This document shows, piece after piece, positions 60,124 through 64,000 of a stretch of DNA of 64,000 nt. The position numbers were made by a program, and so were the translations under genes. Source of the DNA: an uncultured Candidatus Binatia bacterium. Lineage in GTDB: Bacteria; Desulfobacterota; Binatia; UBA9968; CAXXLF01. The stretch lies in assembly GCA_965218425.1 (NCBI GenBank), contig OZ244621.1:704001-768000 (forward strand), in the 5' to 3' direction. The notes beneath the pieces are model-generated. The model was given only the letters and a program-made list of their open reading frames with translations, was not told where the DNA came from and did not search any database. Each line of letters begins with the position of its first letter. The first letter of the stretch is position 1.

Positions 60124-61431
60124 CTACTTCAAATCTTCATCCTCATCTTCTTCTTCATGTTTTTCCTCCACATCAAAGAGCTTTTTGAGGGTTTCAACGT
60201 AAAGGGATTCATCCTCAGGCCGCGTCTTTAGGTGAGTCAAGGGGGCATGGAGGATCTTGTTGATCATGGCCGAGGTCATATCCTCCAGGGCCTGCTTCTC
60301 CCGATCCGAAATCCCTTTCAGAGTTGTGGTCAGGGACTTATACAATTCCCTCTGCCGAACCTCTTCAAACCTCTCCTTCAAGGCCACGATGGTTGGCACC
60401 TGGTCGAGTGAATTCAGCCAGCGGCTGAAACTCACCACTTCCTCATCAACGATTTCCTCCGCCTTGTCGGTCTCGCTTTCCCTGCCCTGAAGATTTACTT
60501 TTGAAACTTCATCCAGGTCGTCGATGTGGTAGAGATAAACATTGTCAATCTCATTGATCTTTGGATCAAAGTTTCGTGGAACGCCAAGGTCAATGAAAAA
60601 CATGGCCCCTTGCTTCCTCGCTTTCAATACCTCCGCCACGGTCTCTGCTCGCAAAATAAATTCGGGCGACTCAGTGGAACCCACAACCACATCGGCGAGT
60701 TTGAGGTATTGGTGAAAGTCTTCAAAACGGATAGGGCTGGCCTGAAATTCTTCCGCCAGGTTGACGGCTCGATCAAAGGTTCGGTTGGAAATCATCACCC
60801 CTCGAATCCCGTTTTCAATGAGGTTGCGAACCACCAGTTCACCGATCCTTCCAGCTCCGATGACCATGACCGTCTTTCCCTCCAAACGATCAAAGATACG
60901 CTTGGCCAGATCCACGGCCACTGAACTGACGGAAACCGGACGGCTCGCGATACCCGTCTCACTGCGAACTTTTTTTGCCACTGAGAAGGAGCGATGGAAG
61001 AGACGATGCAAGATCCTTCCCACCGTCCCTGCCTCCTGTGCGGCAAGGTAATAATCCTTCATCTGTCCTAGAATTTGCGGTTCCCCAACCACCATGGAGT
61101 CGAGGCTGGCAGCGACGCGAAACAGATGACGAATTGCCAACTCCCCTGAGTAAGTGTAGAGATGATTTTCCCCCACCGCTCTCTCTTCTACCGGTTCCTG
61201 TTCCACAAGGAATTTTTTTATATCCTGAACCGCCGTTCCTTCTTGGGAACAAACTGCCAGGACCTCCACCCGATTGCAGGTGGAGAGAATGACCCCTTCC
61301 TCCAGCGAGGAGTGAGACATCAACCGTTGTAGGGACTCGGCCAGCGCCGATTGATTAAAAGCCACCTTCTCCCGTACCTCAACAGGGGCGGTGCGGTGAT
61401 TGAGACCCACAACTGTGACCTTTTTCTTCAT
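60124..61431 (-). CDS. hemA: Glutamyl-tRNA reductase
   Basis: LSTCNRVE, SMVVGEPQILGQ, IDLGVPRN. Confidence 0.97.
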   Translation of the reverse strand: MKKKVTVVGLNHRTAPVEVREKVAFNQSALAESLQRLMSHSSLEEGVILSTCNRVEVLAVCSQEGTAVQDIKKFLVEQEPVEERAVGENHLYTYSGELAIRHLFRVAASLDSMVVGEPQILGQMKDYYLAAQEAGTVGRILHRLFHRSFSVAKKVRSETGIASRPVSVSSVAVDLAKRIFDRLEGKTVMVIGAGRIGELVVRNLIENGIRGVMISNRTFDRAVNLAEEFQASPIRFEDFHQYLKLADVVVGSTESPEFILRAETVAEVLKARKQGAMFFIDLGVPRNFDPKINEIDNVYLYHIDDLDEVSKVNLQGRESETDKAEEIVDEEVVSFSRWLNSLDQVPTIVALKERFEEVRQRELYKSLTTTLKGISDREKQALEDMTSAMINKILHAPLTHLKTRPEDESLYVETLKKLFDVEEKHEEEDEDEDLK

Positions 61432-61433
61432 CT

Positions 61434-62255
61434 TTACTCAAATCTGCCGCCGTGACGACTGGCGAAGATAAGATCTCCCCAAAGAAAATAACCCAGCACC
61501 ACGGCGAAACCCACGATGGTCCAAAAGGCTGCTTTCTTTCCACGCCACCCCGCGGTGATCCGACCGTGGAGCAATCCCCCATAAAGGATCCAGGTAATGG
61601 CCGAAGAGATCTGACGTGGCTCCCAGGACCAATAGTCGCCCCAATGAATCCGAGCCCACAGGCTCCCCGTAATGATGCCCAAGGTCATGAAGGGGAACCC
61701 CCAGACTAAAAACACATAGTTGAGACGGTCCAAAGTTTCCAGGGACGAAAAGTGTTTGTAGAAAATAATGGCCTTCTTACTTTTCAGTTCATATTCCTGC
61801 AGCAAGTACATAACGCTGACCCCAAAGGCCAGCGCAAAAACAGCATTTCCCAAAAAGGCCAGGGTCACGTGGAGGGGAAGCCAATAGGTCCTGAGAGAAG
61901 GCGGAAGTTCCTCAACCCCGGTTCCAAAGGCAAAAGCCCCCACCGACATAAGGAACGCCAGGGGGCTTATGAGGCAGCCCAGAACAGTCAAACGGTACTT
62001 GAGCTGGACCAGAAGATAGACCCCCGCCATTAGCCAGCTATAAAAAGATAGTGCCTCCCGGAGCTGGGTTACGGCGGGATAACCCGCATTAACAAAATAA
62101 ACTCCAAGGGCGATGGAGTGAACTATAAAGCCGCCTAGCAATGCGAGGGGGGAGAGACGAGAAAAGGGTTCCCGGGGGACAAACAGGTAAACGATAAAGC
62201 TCGCCGTTGCCAGGAGATAGATAACCGCAGTGAGTTGTAGCAAGAGGTTGCCCAT
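61434..62255 (-). CDS. ccsA: Cytochrome c biogenesis CcsA/HemX-like membrane protein
   Basis: WGDYWSWEPRQ tryptophan-rich motif; directly upstream of hemA. Confidence 0.85.
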   Translation of the reverse strand: MGNLLLQLTAVIYLLATASFIVYLFVPREPFSRLSPLALLGGFIVHSIALGVYFVNAGYPAVTQLREALSFYSWLMAGVYLLVQLKYRLTVLGCLISPLAFLMSVGAFAFGTGVEELPPSLRTYWLPLHVTLAFLGNAVFALAFGVSVMYLLQEYELKSKKAIIFYKHFSSLETLDRLNYVFLVWGFPFMTLGIITGSLWARIHWGDYWSWEPRQISSAITWILYGGLLHGRITAGWRGKKAAFWTIVGFAVVLGYFLWGDLIFASRHGGRFE

Positions 62256-62316
62256 GGGTAACTTATTATACCCTATCTCCTAGTCTGCTCAAATTGCAGG
62301 GTCCTTGGAAAAGCGC

Positions 62317-63168
62317 TCATTGGGCTCGCTTTGCCTGCAAGATGAGTCGTGCCCGTTCCCCCAGTACAGCTACCAAGTGACCCATCTTGGGATGGTCGGG
62401 CTCGAGGTCCACCCGCAAACCATGATTTTCGAGGGCCTCAGTACAGACGGGACCGATGGAGGCAAGGAGCAGCTGGCCCATGGCTTGGGTTAATCGTTGA
62501 TCTACTTTCTCTTCTCGGGCCACCTGAAACAGATGGTCCACTTGAGTCGCATTGGTAAAAAGAACGATATCCGCCTGGGCATCCACAATACTGCCAATGG
62601 CCGATCGAAGGGGGCCGGTATCCTCAGGGAGAGCCCATCGGTAGACGGCCACTCGATACACCTTGGCACCACGCGACTCGAGACCCGTGAGGAGCTCCCG
62701 ATTGGTGATACCATATTCCTGCACGGCCACTCGTTTCCCCCTGATTTCTGTTTTGCTTTCCAGCTCAGCCAGTAACTCGCGCCATGTATTAGGCTCTGGA
62801 GCACTGATGGCCGGCATCAACCCCAATTCTTTGAGCGCCGCCGCCGGTTTCGGCCCGCGGACAATCAAGGTTGTTTTCTGAAAGGCCGCGCTGACCTTTT
62901 CCCGTGAGTACCTGCCCGCCACGGCTTCCACCAGAGTACGGGTGCCAACGCCCGTTAAGAGAATCAAATATTCGAAGGCGCCCGCCTCCAGCCGGCCAAT
63001 AAATTCAACCGCTGCTCTATTTTCACTCAGCGGGATCTCACGCATGGATGGCGCGATGATGGGCTCACCGCCGTAGTTGCGAATGAGCTCGGCCATTTCG
63101 CGCGCGCGGCGGCTCTCAAAGGAAACGATCCGCAGCCCTTCAAGGCTGGATTTGCGCAGGGACTCCAT
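62317..63168 (-). CDS. hemD: Stand-alone uroporphyrinogen-III synthase
   Basis: FESRRAREM, LTGVG, RGPKP, VYRW, SIGPVC. Confidence 0.85.
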   Translation of the reverse strand: MESLRKSSLEGLRIVSFESRRAREMAELIRNYGGEPIIAPSMREIPLSENRAAVEFIGRLEAGAFEYLILLTGVGTRTLVEAVAGRYSREKVSAAFQKTTLIVRGPKPAAALKELGLMPAISAPEPNTWRELLAELESKTEIRGKRVAVQEYGITNRELLTGLESRGAKVYRVAVYRWALPEDTGPLRSAIGSIVDAQADIVLFTNATQVDHLFQVAREEKVDQRLTQAMGQLLLASIGPVCTEALENHGLRVDLEPDHPKMGHLVAVLGERARLILQAKRAQ

Positions 63169-64000
63169 CCAATGGTCTTTCTTCTCTTTCCACGGCGGCA
63201 CCAAGTTCGTCGAACCAGCAAAGCTCATCCCTCAAACGGACCACCTCTCCGATAACTGCGAGCACAGGCGGCTTCAACCCTATGGACTGCTTACAGATAG
63301 TAGCCAAGGTGCCGGTGACGGTTTCCTGATGGTCAGTGGTTCCAGAACGAATCAAGGCTATGGGCGTTTCGGGAGGCCGACCATGGGTCAAAAGCTGAGC
63401 AACTATGTGCGGTAGATTGCTGAGCCCCATGACGACAACCAGTGTGTCCACCGCGGTGGACAAGCCTGACCAATCCACCGAGGGTGAATTTTTTATGGAT
63501 TCGTGTCCGGTGATCACGGCAAAGGATGATGAAACCCTTCTGTAGGTCAACGGGATTCCCGCATAGGCGGGGACGGCAACGGCGGAAGTGACACCCGGAA
63601 CAATTTCAAAAGGAACGCCGGTCTCCGCCAAGGCCTGGGCTTCTTCACCCCCACGCCCAAAGACGAAGGGGTCCCCACCCTTGAGACGCACCACGCGTTT
63701 CCCTAAACGGGCCTGGGCAATAAGGACATGGTTAATTTCTTCCTGTGGGAGCAGGTGGTGTCCCGCTTGCTTACCCACGTATATCAGGGCTGCATTAGGA
63801 GAACACTGCTCCACGAGTTCGGGGTTAACCAGGCGGTCATAAACCACCACATCCGCGTCCAGGAGCAGATCCCTCGCGCGGACAGTCAAGAGATCCGGAT
63901 GGCCGGGACCAGCGCCCACCAGGCAAACCTTGCCTGCGGCGGAATCAACGGACCGTTCCCCGCTGGACTGTATTTCCGTCTGATTATCCTGCGTTAACTG
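63140..64000 (-). CDS. cobA: Uroporphyrinogen-III C-methyltransferase; start lies beyond the window
   Basis: LVGAGPG, VRLKGGDPFVFGRGGEE, PGVTSA; frame open to 64000. Confidence 0.93.
   Translation of the reverse strand, partial: QLTQDNQTEIQSSGERSVDSAAGKVCLVGAGPGHPDLLTVRARDLLLDADVVVYDRLVNPELVEQCSPNAALIYVGKQAGHHLLPQEEINHVLIAQARLGKRVVRLKGGDPFVFGRGGEEAQALAETGVPFEIVPGVTSAVAVPAYAGIPLTYRRVSSSFAVITGHESIKNSPSVDWSGLSTAVDTLVVVMGLSNLPHIVAQLLTHGRPPETPIALIRSGTTDHQETVTGTLATICKQSIGLKPPVLAVIGEVVRLRDELCWFDELGAAVEREERPLDGVPAQIQP

Overview
Bacterial chromosomal segment with no rRNA, tRNA, CRISPR array or reverse transcriptase that I can see. The gene content (many amidohydrolases, ABC/Bug substrate-binding proteins, Rieske oxygenase, UbiD, LLM enzyme, XDH-family molybdoenzyme, F420-binding proteins) suggests a Candidatus Binatia-like deltaproteobacterium; this assignment is inference only. 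From left to right: an aromatic-acid catabolic operon, GT39 glycosyltransferases, a plant-type thrC-metB pair, an IS630 inserted in the first codons of a molybdoenzyme gene, two near-identical IS1182-like elements flanking a 10.8-kb block (HigBA, cca, split ArgZ/AgrE-like genes, ALDH and lysine/saccharopine dehydrogenase), a family-B DNA polymerase, cytochrome c', several pseudogene fragments, and a haem operon with a HemC-HemD fusion. The most interesting signals are: (1) an unannotated, terminator-ended, pseudoknotted ~250-nt minus-strand RNA at 23.3-23.6 kb; (2) a second promoter-driven structured RNA at 43.9-44.06 kb with the same exposed-SD/buried-small-ORF design; (3) palindrome-specific insertion of both IS1182-like copies with no target duplication; (4) an IS630 end that supplies a new coupled start codon to the gene it interrupted; (5) a plant-like Thr/Met branch point. 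All functional calls come from motif recognition by eye, not database searches.
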